Source of the DNA: Raillietiella orientalis
Lineage: Eukaryota
Direction: 5' to 3'
Length of the DNA stretch: 64,000 nucleotides
NCBI GenBank assembly: GCA_036172245.1
Contig: JAYWIR010000017.1
Location: 434,001-498,000, forward strand
Numbering within the stretch: position 1 is the stretch's first letter; the number at the start of each line of letters is the position of its first letter. The notes beneath the pieces are model-generated. The model did not search any database. It had not been told where the DNA came from and saw only the letters and a list, made by a program, of their open reading frames with translations. Of the stretch, positions 11,853-25,100 are shown in pieces. Position numbers and translations under genes: made by a program.

Positions 11853-12899
11853 TCCAACTTGGAGCCGACTGCATCTGTGCTCCGCAAAAGGCTGTCATCT
11901 TGTCAATCGGTTCCCTCACAGAAACGGGTAAATTATCAACTCCTCAGAGACTGAGATAAAGCGCCACTCTCCATTCCTGTCACCTCATTAAGGAATTCAT
12001 CCTCCGTGGGTTCCAGGGACTCTACTGCAAAGTGCGTAAAGACGAATCATGCAATATATGCGAAATGTAGTACTCCTGGTTAAGCTCCTAACAAATCCGC
12101 CATTGAGACTTTTCATTAATTCACAACTTTATTCATTTGGAACCGTACAGGCATTTTCTCTTACACCCCGTGCTGAAGGAGTCCGTTGAGCGCACATGGA
12201 TGCATACCGTCCTCTATGTATCATTGGCGACAAGTGCGAGTACATATCGGGAAAGAAATTGCTGTTTGAAAACATTCAAACTGCGAATGGATATTCCTGA
12301 GGACAGAAATCAAGGAAGAGGGGGGGGGAGGGAATTGGATGATCAAAGCAGTATGATCTGTGATACATAGATGGCTCAACCTTTTACCAGAAATGAAAGG
12401 GTGAGCCACGAAAAACGCAGTTGTTGGGCGCAAACAGTACAGAAAAAGTAAGCTTTTCTGAGATCAGCAACGAATAAAAAGATGAATAAAAAGAATTTAT
12501 CCAAGAAAATTTTATCCAAGAAAGATGTTTTCTCTCTTCTATAATTCATGAATAAAATATCTTGAAGCGAACTCGAATCTGTGAGTGCAATTCCGGTTTA
12601 CTTCTAGAACCAGGAAAGCCATTTTTTTTTTTTTTTTTTTAACAGCTCGAAAAGAAATGAGACATTTGAATTAGAATATCAGGATTATCGAGACATCAGG
12701 ATTATCGTAAATACCACTGCGATGCTGAAGACCTGTGCCATGACGATTGTCCTTTTCTAAGTTCCAATCTTTGCACCGGAAGCGACGATGGCGCCACTAG
12801 CCAAAATGAGCTGATCAAAATCAAAATCTTGTTGGTCAAGGAAATTCCATTCGACATCTGATGGTTAACAGCAGTCACTGCTTTTGGCAATCGATGTGT

Positions 12900-13400
12900 T
12901 TTCGGCCTCCAACTCGGTAAGATTAGTCCTACACTGAGATTCGACATGAGGAAAAAGCAATGTTGGTGAATTTGGGGAACTCCTCATCAATACACAGTGG
13001 TGAAGGTCAAAGTCATGATTTATCCGATTGGATTATTCCGATACCTTGTGAAGAAGAGTGAGTACTATACCCCAAAGCTTGTCGCTTACTATTGATATAA
13101 TTTCAAGGCATAAATCATCGTTAGACAAGTCAGTTCAGCTTTCTTATTCAAGGTAGACCACTTTTGGATAAACTTGTTCCCTAGAAACAAATTCCCTCGT
13201 TTCCAAGGAGCCTTTGAAATAATCAGACATCATTCGGCATCTTTTTATTAGCTTTGAGGAAATAGTGAGAATCTATGAGAGGGCACCTCGAAATTCCATC
13301 CATTTTTGCATATAGGAATGCACTCCTCCTTGGATCCTGCATTTTTCTTCGATGGCTGTTTCACGAATTTCATTTTGGGCTCAGAGTGAGTTTATTACTC
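12900..13400 (-). mobile_element. Highly decayed non-LTR (CR1/L2/Jockey-like) reverse transcriptase relic
   Basis: Across frameshifts the minus strand gives CIPICKNG, DYFKGSLETREFVSREQ, LLHKVSE and GVPQ. These are in the order expected for the RT motifs IP.I.K.G, LE....S..Q.GF, LL.KL and GVPQG. Confidence 0.4.
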
Positions 13401-14205
13401 TCCATCTGCCTGATTAAGGGAATTCGGAAAAAAATACATCAGATCAACACCGAAATTCCTTTCGAATCTTCCTATCTTGTGGAATGGTCTCCACAAGCAG
13501 AAAGTCCGCCCTTTCAGCATTGTCCGAAGTTGCGTTGGCTCTATAATTACACGCCTGAAGGCACGGTCTGAATCCCCCGAACCACTTAGGGAACATTTTT
13601 AAACAGATTCCCAATTGCCACATCCAATGGATTCCAATAAATTATTCACTAGTGAAAATGCCTTATCGGTCTTCTAGAGAAGTACTGTGACCAAGGTCAA
13701 GCAGTAATTCGGAGATGCAAGTTTTTCCTTTTGATTTTGTAATGTCTGGAGCGAGAAAATAAAAAAAATGATACCTCCATGAGAATTGCCAGAAATATAG
13801 CATCAAAACAAGAAAGAAAAGTGTACAGAAGTGATTCTCTTTGTTCTTCTGGATCAGAAAAAGAACTTCGATGCAGCAGAGGAAACTGTTTCTCTCTCTC
13901 TCTCTTTTTTTCTTTCAAGGGGACAGCATCATTTCTTCCGAAACCTTTAATTAGAAAAAAAAACCACGCTGATTTGGCTCATAAAAAGTGCACATAGATC
14001 TCCTGCTTTGTTATCAAAAGATTGCTCGCCTTCATACAAAAAGAAATGAGGGCCCAGGAACCTCCATTGCAGCGAGCGATCTCAGATGAAGACGGTGTGT
14101 GATCATCAGCGTTTATGAAACGAATGGACCAACTCCAGGAGTCCAATAAGTAGGAGCTTTGGAACAGGAAGCCTGATGGGTTGAAGTGGCCGTTTTGTTC
14201 GTGTT

Positions 14206-15053
14206 TTTCTTTGGGTTTGCTAAGCGCTCAACAGCCGTCGTTCACCTAGGGGCTCACGAAGCTCTTTGGTACTGTCCACCTGAGGGTAAGTGTTAACTCT
14301 ACAAGTTATATGGTGTACCTCGGGAGGGGTACACCGTATAACAGCCCTTCCTGGATTCATAGGGACCACCCTATGAATCTAGGAAGGGCTCCAGAGGAGG
14401 GAGTCCGTTCCTCTCACGCTCGTAAGGTAACCTCGTTGTTTACGAAGAAGACCCCGACGGTAACCTCTTCCTTGTTCTCTCCGAAAAGACCCTCTTAGAG
14501 GTAGACGCTCTACTGTTTCTTCTCCCAAAAGGATTCGCTTCTGGAATTTCTTTTCCGGAGAAACTTCCCAGAAAGGATCCGCTCCTTGTTGCTCTCCTGG
14601 AGGGAATCCCGAAGGGACGCTCCTTAATTTTCTCTGGATGGTCTCTCCAGAAGGGAGCAGGGCACTTCTTTACACTCTGGAGAGGTATCAATCCGCCAAC
14701 TCCATGGTACAAGACGGAGGGGGTCCCTTCAGAGAAAGGTGGTGATGCGTTCATTTGCACAACCTCAGGGGAGCTCCAAAGGGAACCTACTCCTTGATTC
14801 TGATTCTTGGAAGGACCCTGGACGGTCAACTCTCAATCCTGGCCGCTCATCGGTGGGCATCCGGTTTTTCAGCAGCGCTGCACCCGAAGACGGGCCAACC
14901 AGCGTCATCTCGCGGGAGGAACTCGGAACTCACGACGCACCCATTTGTCTGATGTCGATCTTTTCCCCGGGTAGGATTCGAGCCCGCAACGCACTTGGTA
15001 CCCCGGACGGAGACCGCAGCCAAAGGGCCTTGAACTCGGGCCACCCACATCTC
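14206..15053 (-). mobile_element. tRNA-derived long SINE-like retroposon, family A, copy 2 (apparently full length)
   Basis: The minus-strand head GAGATGTGGGTGGCCCGAGTTCAAGGC...GTTGCGGGCTCGAATCCTACCCGGGG is A-box/B-box-like. The 3' end ...GCGCTTAGCAAACCC is followed by a short A-rich tail. There is an exact 8-bp TSD TTCGTGTT at 14198-14205 and 15054-15061. 14652-14878 is identical to 1185-1411. Confidence 0.8.
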
Positions 15054-16349
15054 TTCGTGTTAGCCCCCATCTCCATTTCGTCCCCCGGAGTGTTTATGCC
15101 TTTGGTGTTTTCTTACTCTCCAGAGTGATGGTTGAGCATTCGAAACTTTGAAACCGGCTTCCACAATGTCGTGAGTCCATTCGTTCCGTCGTGGAATGGG
15201 GCAGCCCGACAGCTCCATGGAATTGTTTTTTTTTCTTTTTTTTCCCTTCTCTTCCCACCGTGAAACGATGTCGGCAAGCTCACGATATCATCCAGTAATC
15301 AACTTGTTAGCTGCAAGTTCCATCTTCGTAAGAGGAAAGGATTGAAACTGTAGCAGAAGAGATGCTCATGCGAACTTTGTAATATCCAGATACCCAGGAC
15401 ACCAGCCCTCTTGTTCAACAATTTTTATGAGTCTCTCGGAAAATATCTCTTCTGACATTGCTCTCAAGAGAGGCCATTTCGTTGCTTCCGTCAACGTCTC
15501 CACCATTCTACGTGTACATTCATCTGATTTCAATACTAATCAATGGTACGTTCGAGATGCTTGCCTGCTGCACGCAAGCGCCAACTGGAGGTGTCGAGCA
15601 GAAGAATTCCCGCATGCTTTTAAAAGGCCATCAACGTAATTAATCAGTTCCTGGGCTCAGTTCGTCTCTTTGAAGAAGCAAGTTCCCAGGCATTATCACG
15701 TAATCTGCAGACCCATTCCGCAGCGCCCGGGATGCCGCTCCGTACCTGATGCATGGATTCCTCTATTCCCTGTGGGGGAAGAGCAAAGTTTGTTCCAGAA
15801 ACGCCTTCGTTTGCAATTCAGATCAATCCTTTCGGAGAGAATGGAGAGCGGTTTCAATTTCCAAGTTAAAGATTTTCTTGTTTTCCCAGATCTCTTAAGA
15901 TTTATTGCTATTCAAATGCTCCAAAGCATTAAGCCAAAAAAAAAGGAGGAAGAAAAGGAAGAAAGAATTGTTGATTGCAGAATCAGCATTGCTCCCGAAT
16001 CAGAGATCAATCGCAATTTGATGCTTCGATGAAGTCTGCTCCAAATTTCTCTCAGTGATAGCTATGTTTGCAATTTCGGGAAGGCTTTTCTCATGTGACA
16101 GGGACGTAATGAATTCCAGAGTTCTTCCTTCCGTAAGTGCAGAAGACACTGCCTTCATTACAGGCAAAGTATTTTTTTTTCCCTGACACAACCTTGATGT
16201 CTGCTTTTTTGTGAATGATTTAATCTTCCTAAAAGATTGCCCTGACAATCCACTTTGTACATTCATCCACTGCAGAAACTGACATGTCTATCACACAAAG
16301 TGAAGTAATTCCATTGATCCGAGTAACTGTGTTTAGATAAATGGAGAGG

Positions 16350-16720
16350 GGATGTTTACGGTAAAATGTACCTTATTGGAGGCACTTGGGATCCAAAATT
16401 TTCGTGCAGCAGCCAATACGAAACATCTCTTCCTGGGAAATGGACAAATAGTGCCGATGCAGACCCTTGGAAATCACCAAGACACGTGACCAATCCAGAA
16501 TCAGAGTAGAAAGGTTGTCTATTTCTGGAAAAGCAGGTACTTTTGTTTGTAGATTTCGAGATGATGTGAAAGGAATAAATCAGGTGAAAGCAAATCATTT
16601 TCTTTTGCATATTCGATAGCTGTTGTACAGCAACAGTTGTAGAATGAGAACAAATTCGTGCATAAATTCTATTAGTAACACCGTTGCATGGTTTGAGAGA
16701 AAGTTCTTCAGAGTAAGAAA
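16350..16720 (-). mobile_element. Possible second, more decayed piggyBac C-terminal remnant
   Basis: Fragments LQLLLYNSYRICKRK, HLEIYKQKY and LHRHY resemble the post-catalytic piggyBac region (...NSY.LY...RL...H). Many frameshifts. Confidence 0.25.
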
Positions 16721-19700
16721 TGCGAGATGTGTAAATGTGAGGAATCTTCAGTTTTCAAATCAGAAGACGAACATTCCACATTGGGAGGAGTGACCCATTA
16801 GAAATCTGAACGATTCTTCATCCTCCTTTCGAAATGGGTAAGCAACTCTTATCAACGCCATCTCGACAACTAGCGAGGGCACAAATTCCTGAAAATGACC
16901 TCAAGAGATGTTCTGGTTTCCAGAAAAACACAGATAACAGGACAGAGGAAGACCATATTAAACGTAAAGCAAGAAAGGATTTTGATTTCGAATCACCTCG
17001 GAAAGTTTCTGGAATCGTTGAAAAAAAGAAAAAGAGAATGCTTTGCATCATTCATTTGGAACGATTTATGATGAGGCGTTAAATGCAAACGTTCCCTGGA
17101 AGCAGTTTAGATAATGAAGTGATGGTGAATTTACTAATCACTATACAAATGACTTCCTGTTTTGTTACTTGTTCTTTGCAAACAAGAAATGAAATTCTAA
17201 ATCTTTGCAAACATTGGATTTCCTCAATGTGTTATCACAAAAACTTCAGGAACTTTTTTTTAATCTAAACGCGCGCGCACACTCACACGCACACACGTGG
17301 TGAAGGCAGTTTAGAGCATGGACTCCATTTCTTTTTTCGATTACATCTGAATCTGCCTTAGGTTAGCGGCAACCAGCTTTCGGGTATCTCAGGGTGCGTG
17401 CAGCTTATACTTTAACTGCTGGCCTAAAGCAAGAAGGTTGGTCAGTTTCTTTAGTGTACCAATCGGACGTGAAGGGTGGTGCCTCGTTTGCAGCCTGAGT
17501 GACCGAAATGAATCCAAAACTTTCAGAAAGTCAGTCTGCTGGAATTTCGACTGCCAATGCAGCTTCACTTCAGCCTCCGATGAAAATTAGCTGAGCTTCC
17601 GTTTGAGTTCATTCGAATGGGATGTTGTTCGATTGCAAAATTCCAGAACCGGACAGGAGTCCCCTGGAACAGCGCCGAGCATCTCAATCCTTTTTTATAC
17701 TCAAGAAGATGAGCGTGCAGATGGGATATGTGAGCAGCACAGCAAGTTTCAGATGGAGTTCACGAAAACAGCCTCTTCACATCTCGTGGTTTTCCATCCC
17801 ATTCCATGTAAACATTCCTTCCAATTTCCTGATATTCCTTTGCTGGGAAGAAGATTCTTCGACAAAGTCGTTAGGAACCTTGTTGACCTCGGAAACCTCG
17901 ACTCTGTTAAGGTGTCAGGAATGAAAAACGTGCTCATTTTGAAAGAGAGGTCTTTCTCTTTGGAAGATCCCCCAAAGCTGTTTATGCATCAGGAAACACC
18001 GAATCGATCGCCTCAAGGTTTTCTGGTGATGAATCTAAATATTCTTGCCTTCTAGTTGAATGAGCCGCAGTGGCTCATCCTACCAGAAGCGATACAGTAC
18101 CCTGAGAAGATGAGTGCACACATTGGACAATATGTATGTGTACACGAAGCAAGGAACCCTGCTCACAAGAGAAGACCATGGAACTAGTTTGAGGTACTTG
18201 AAGCACTCCATGTAAGTATTAGGAATTTCTTCTACACTCAATTTATCCCTCCGTTCAACCATCTTCTCAGGTGACTGCCGACAGCATACCTGTCTCCACA
18301 AAAAGCAATGCTCTCCAATGAACGCTGGCCTTACGTGTGAATGCTCGAAGAAACCATGGTGAGAAGAAGAAAAGCAAAGAACAAAAATGCAAACATTGAA
18401 TAGGAAAGCTCCGGAAATGTCCATTTCATGAAAAAATGCAACTCGAATTTTCAAGGAGCTCAGCACGGTGTTCAGGAAGGAGAAAACTCATTGATTTCTC
18501 GTTTAGAAAAAAAAAACTCATGTCGACCTGACGAAAAAAAAAAAAAAAAAAGACTGTTCCCTTCAGAGTCCGCAGCAGCTGCTGTCAAAGTATGGATCAC
18601 CACTATCTGCAAAATGCAAAAGGCGTGCAATGTGTTTTTAACAAGCATATATGTTTGACATAGGTTTTAGAAAATATTAGACAAAAGTCTTTTATCTTTG
18701 GAAAGCAAGTTTTATGAAGATAGAAATAAGAGGTCACTGAACATTTGGCGCGAAAGCTGCAAGCAACTAATTCGAGCATACTATTGGTCATGCGAGAGAC
18801 AGTCTCCTGCCTTCCTAGTAAGAAGGATATTTTGGAAACGAAGAATTTGTTGAAAGGATGCTGTGTCTCGATCTTTGATTGCTTTTTTTCAGTCGGAAAA
18901 AAAACAAACCCAGTATCATAATGTATCAATCAGTGTCATAATGGAGATCAAACCAAACTGATTCTGTATAAGAGAAGGCAGGATTATAGAGTGGAATAAA
19001 TCGAATACTTTTTGATCAGCTTTCATGTGCGAAGTACCACTGAAGTGTACAACTACCTGTTTCTAGACACCTTAAAAAAAGGGGTATAGAAACTGAACGC
19101 ATGATAAGCAGAAAATAGTAAATGCTGAGTTCAGACAAAAGATGTGTGATATGGAATGTTGAGTTCAACGGGAAGATGTGAACTTGAAAGCCATGTATTT
19201 CTTCTGCATCCGAAGAGCTGGTGGTGATCACTGTCTGTTCAATGCAAGTTCAGTTGAGTTGGGAGGGATAAGTCGGTAATTATTAATGATAGGATAATCT
19301 GAGCAAGGTGGAAGAAACGGAAGACGTGTTGAAAAGTAGCTCTTTGTGTGATGAGATCGGAAATGGAAAGAAACACTGCATTTCGACCTTGCTGAGTGAA
19401 AGGAAAAAAAAAAAACCTCACCTAGGAAATGTCACGGATCTGTTCACGTAGTGATTTTCCAAGTTTTTAACAGCAGAAAGCTTGTCCAAGAAAAGGGATT
19501 TTTGTAGCCTGAGGTCTACCATGAAGAGAAGAGATTTTTTCATCCTTTAAAAAGGAACATAACTCGGAAGTGGATACTTTTTTCTTTCTTTTTTTGAGAT
19601 CTGTGGACCAGTGTGAATGAGAGTGGCATTCTCACTCTTGCATAATTTTGGAGGCGACCATACAGAATCTCTTCTTTCTAGAATCAAAGTGCAAGAACTG

Positions 19701-21065
19701 TTTTCTTGTGCTGGAATCGTCTCCCTATCGTTATTTGTTCCACGAAATTCTGATACTCCAATAAAATCGAAAGAGGAGCGTCCATTTTCACTTCACTTTG
19801 GAAATGCATCCTTCAATATGTTTAAATCCTCCCGTTTCGCTCACTGAATTCGGATGTAACATATGCTCGGGAAGGGATTGAAGTCTTCCCTGCAGGGTTG
19901 CCAAGAGATGTTAATGGAATCCCGCTAGATGGCCTTCGAAAAACGGCAGTATTTCAAAAACAAATCTCCAGATTTTAATACCCAGGAATTTATGATTACT
20001 ATTACTGTTACTATCGTTGCTGATATTGCGGTTCCATATCTTCAATGAAACAATGTACAAATAATGCAATACACACCTAATAATTTGACATAACACGAGG
20101 TATTGAAGCCCACTATATCACAGCATGCTTCCAACATACGTAATGTCAATTAATGATCAGATTCAATGGGGCAAAAATAAGATGCCAGCTAACAATTAAT
20201 TGTTGATGACGTGAGATTTAGGTTGTGCAGCTACTGCTGCATGACCTACATCTGGAGTTTGTCCAGGAGAGCGCCACACTTCCGGTCTTCTTACCTCCTT
20301 ATCACACTTTACATATCAGAATAATTCCATAATAAGGAAGTCGTTTTCCTCGACGGTCTTTATTAAGGATGCAACAACTCATTAACGTTACTCCTCATGA
20401 TCCATGAAGAGTTTCGTCCAGTGGACGGAGTCCTTGTCGTACGGACCTCTTCTCGCTGATAAAGCTATAACAGTACTCTAGAATAGTAATGAAAGATAGC
20501 AGGAATATTGAATCTCGTCATCAAAGATGAGTGATGAACGAGACTTGGGTCATCGACAGACGAGGCGACCCTTTCGCATCATTCCTTCTTGGAAGAAATC
20601 TATAGAAACCTTATGCCCTACTGATGCTTTTCTCGTTCTTCTGCTTTTTTTCTTCACCATGCGACACAGTCTGTCAGCAACGTTACCCTCACAATAGTGG
20701 AAGCATCCACTATTGTGGTGCTCAGCAGCAAGAATTCCGAGTAAGAAGCATCGTGAAGACGGCTGGATGTTGCTGAGGTCTCAGTTTATCTCCTCGGAAC
20801 TTCCCCCCACACTCAGAGAGACCAGACTGCAGAATTCCTCATCCCTATTAAAAGTTGCTTGGCCTGTTAAGCGAATAATTTTGTTTCCAACCTGTGGGTG
20901 CGTAATTAAGATTGGCGAAAACGAATAGATACGTCAAACGCACAGCAAATGTGTCTATGGTAAATTTCAATGGAAAAAAAGGGAAAAAAAAAATTCATTG
21001 AAATGTCGCTATTGTACAGAAAATAAACAACCCTACACATAAGAAAAATAAAAAACATAAAAAAT

Positions 21066-22110
21066 TCAATCTGATTTTGCAGTATGATATGGTTCAAAGC
21101 AAGATGCGACACAAAGTGACACCTCACAGTTTCAACAACATCGCGTTTCCTTACGCATGCCCTTTTTTGAACACACGATACATCTTCGCGATGCACTATC
21201 TTTTGATGATGTAAATGGTATACAATTTGGAAAATGTGTTCCGATGACACGTGTGGCCTGGCAATTGCAGATGGTGGATCAGCTGTCACAGTTTCTTGAG
21301 CTGAAGATTCCTCAATAATTTGTTCAATGCTTTCGAGCAAAAAATGGAACCGATTCAATCTTCCATTTTTTTTTTGTATAATAAATAGAAATACAAGCGC
21401 ACAGCGTCTATATATTCCTGTAACACTTTTTTAACTCTTTCTTGCCAGCGCATGTGCTGCAATTATACCTTCGCTTCTGTCCACTCCATCCATTTTTTTT
21501 TTTCCCATAATCAAACACCACTTCAAGCTTTCTTTTCACAATACCTCGTTCCTCTGTTTCCAACATTCTTTTCATCTGCATTGGTGGCATGTAATCTACT
21601 GGGGAACAGTACAAGTTCCTTCTGTCCCGCCACTTCAATAACATTCTTTTGTTGTTATATTTTGCAATGTACTGATCTTTCTTTGGAGAAGCTCTATTCA
21701 TATCTTCAGGAATGCCAAATCTCTGCTGTCGCATTGTACCAATAATGTTTTACAAGTATATGTTTTCCGTGCGAGTTCTTTACTTGTGTACCATTTATCC
21801 AAATAAAATTGATATCCCTGAGCTCATAGATCACGAGAAAGTTGAAGAACGATGCGAGTCGCTGTCTTATATTGAGGATAATTTTGACGATGTTCTATAT
21901 TCTTGCCCATGTATGCACAGAAATTCCAAATCTATCCAGATGGACTTTCGCATATGACAAAAGGTTTCATTCCAAAAGGACTCCTTTTATATACTGCTTC
22001 CAAGACAAGCTCCCTTTCCATAACAAGAAGGATTCATCAACGCGAATGCCTCGTTCTGGAATATGCTAGGATTTGCATTTATGCTGGATATTTTGATAAG
22101 CAGCTTCCAT
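21066..22110 (-). mobile_element. Decayed piggyBac (PGBD4-like) DDD transposase, catalytic core to C-terminal Cys-rich domain
   Basis: The minus strand reads IPERGIRVDESFLLWKGSLSWKQYI / FGMKPFVICES / GYQFYLDKWYTS / GTMRQQRFGIP / LLKWRDRR / VVFDY / MDGVDRS / CFEPYHT..*. All three catalytic Asp contexts and the CRD remnant are present, with stops and frameshifts. The N-terminus and TTAA-flanked TIRs were not identified. Confidence 0.9.
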
Positions 22111-25100
22111 TCTAGAAATTCTGCTTCTTGAAGTCATGTTTTGGTTATCTTCCATGTGAAAAAAACTAAAATTACGTAATTATCTTACCTAGATCACTTT
22201 TTTAACAAAACTAGTAATTTGAGGCCTTACATGGGGAAAATAATTATTTTCCTCAATTCGACCTTCGTTATGTAAAAAGTATGTAAACAAACCCCAGTAT
22301 GTAAAAAGTAAAAGGAAGAACTTTTCGATTGGCTGGCACACCCTACATCACTTCAAAATGCTTGGATAAAAAATGAATGAGGTCACTGCACATTGCAGTC
22401 CCGACCAAGATAAAAGTAAAATACGCAAATAAATAAGATTCTTTTACCTCTTTTTTTTAATTTTTTTTCCACACCGCGTGTATATTCGTTAAACGCACCA
22501 CAGTGGCTCCTTTGCAAAACGCGTGGCATACACGTTCAAACTCGCTTCACAGGTTAAGGGATTTCGAGTGGTTGTGGATCCTTTTGGATCGCTCGACACT
22601 GGGTCAGCTGGTGGGTCCGAAAAACCCTCAGGCTGAAAATTCAGGCGAAGGAAGCAGCACGTTGAAATGCGAAATACCCTTTCCTTGTACACTGAGGTGG
22701 ATTCCCTTCTGTTCCACGCTCAACTCCCTATTCAGCTTCGCTACGCGATGGCCCGAAGACGTTGCCAAGTCAGTTTCCTATTTCTGCCTCATGTGCTCCT
22801 TGCAATCCAAGACTGTCACAAAAGCATCCAAGTGGATCCGGGAAACCGAATTCGAATCCATCTGACACCCTCCTTCGGTATCCACTCCTTTGAAAATTGG
22901 TTTCCTTACCGACTTTCACTGTGGCACCAACGTGGCTCTTCGAACACGGACTCACCCGTGCAAAGAACGTTCCCTGCTGGCATGGCGTTAAAAACTCCGC
23001 ACTCCGATCACTTTTCAAGTGTTCTGCCTGTCTCGAGGAAAACCTCCATCCGAATCATCGGTACTCTGCTCATCAGAGCACCGATGATTTCAGTTCCAAC
23101 AGTTCCTACTGGGAAGTCACTTGGTACGTTCCACTGGGTGTTTCTGTCCATGAGCCTGGTTCGTGAGAACCACCCGTTTGCCACAAGCGCAATTAAGACC
23201 TTGGCTCACCCAGTGGAGGAGAAGCGGAAGGAGATGCTGGAGAGAAAACAACCGTCCGAAGTCCATGCGTGTTTAGAAGCGCAGATTCCGCCAAGCTCGC
23301 AACAAGCAGATGGACACTGAGCGGTGCTTCTCATGAGTTTGGTTCAAAATCATGAAGATCAAAGCATATAACAAGCACATATATAATTATTTTTAATAAT
23401 CTTCAATATGTATATCAATGATTCATTAATACATGTCATTTACATGGGATTGATATCAGTAAAATGCATGTTAATAAATATCAATAACTTGGTATATTGA
23501 TCCATACATAAATATATACATACATAATAAGCATACGTATTTGTTTTTATAATCTTTATAATATAATACTAATTCATAATTAATATACATAATATGTATA
23601 ATTTTCAATGATTTTTCGAGATTTCGACTTTGGGGATTTTGATCGGCCCCTCCCACGCCCGTACTGTGAAGTGCACGTTCGAAAAATTCGCGCGTAGCGG
23701 TACTTCAAGGATAATGATGAATAAATGATTTCATTTTGGAATCTGCAAGCATTGCCGGAAGCTGAGTTAAAAAAAGATATCATGAAAGAAAAAAGAAAAA
23801 ACCAAAATTAATTGGCAGTGCGGAATGTCCTCAAACCACATTGAGTCATTCCAAATTGCCGACTTCAGCACACTGAGAGAGCAAGGAGGAGGAGAATCAA
23901 TAGATTTTATCTGATGAAAACAGCATCAGTGATGCTCGGAAGACGCAAGTACCATCACTGCATAATTCAGTACGCTTAGGAGGAATCTGAAATGGTAATT
24001 TGATGTGTGAAAGGAGGTAAAATTGCATCCTTGACACACAACACGATGTGAATGATTTAGCAAGCACAGTCTCTCATTATCACTTCTAGATATCCAAAAT
24101 GCAAGATGTCTGGGAGACTCGCATAAATGTATCATCGAACACCTTCGATTTTGATTCGAAGATCGTGTTCATCCCACGATGAGTGTGATCTTAGGTATGC
24201 TATCGGGAGGTTTTAATATGAGAGACTTTTGAACGTCTGTACCTTCGCCTATTCCTCCCCCTGAAATGCCACGTCGTGCTTTTTTGACTTCTTTAAGAAT
24301 GGCGAGCAAATTCTCATTTTCCCCACATGTTTTGGGTTCCGTAGATTTTTTTCGGAGGGCTTTCCCTGAAGAGTGGAAATGGTTCATCGCATACGTGCTG
24401 CAGGCCTCCATAAGTGCAGTGAAGAGTCGGTTTCTTGAGCAACGAGATCGTCATCACCCACCACAAGCGTGCCAATCATGGAATCACTTCGTTTGGGACC
24501 TCAGGTAAAAAGAATTTCTCAATTATCATTCCTGTAGCGGCGATGGATTCTTGCGCTGAATGGATTCTTGCAGACCCAGTAATAAGTCCCTGAAAAGATA
24601 CGAGTTTGGACGTCTGTTTCCATGAAAGATTTTGTTTTCAGAAAACTTACGGCGAGCAAGCAGAGGTTTTGGCGGGAATGTTCTCTGTCATCTCCCTCAT
24701 GAGCAGCATCAAATTTTTGCAGCAGGGCTCATTTGAAAATATTTCCTGCTATGAAACATTAACAAGGACAAGAATGCTGGTTTTTATACACTTTTTAGGT
24801 TTTTTTGCCATGCGTCTATTCTAACACAAAGAAGGAGTGATTCGACTAGAAAGGCACTCTGTTTACAACTTTGAAAACAGCAATTAACAAATTCCTAATA
24901 AGAGCAGGTAGATGCCGTATTCCGGATCTTACACATCACAGATCCAATGTTATACCCCAGAAAGTCCAGAATTTCACCTGAGTTTCTATATAAGGAAAGT
25001 GTTCAATGGAATCAAGAAATGATTTCCATAGAAGAACGGTTTTGCACATCTTTCCCAAAAGTAATCAAACTGCTCAAGGCTTGAAAAATTGGAAAATGAC

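Noticed and set aside
14965..15053. tRNA-like sequence (also about 1500-1582)
   Set aside because: The boxes are degenerate, the spacing is expanded and there is no clean cloverleaf. It is a SINE head, not a tRNA gene.
19893..19903. CAGGGTTGCCA, a common hAT/MITE terminal motif
   Set aside because: No matching TGGCAACCCTG end was found in the window.
20889..22557. AACCTGTG / CACAGGTTAA as piggyBac TIRs
   Set aside because: Only an 8-bp match, and the left side lacks TTAA.
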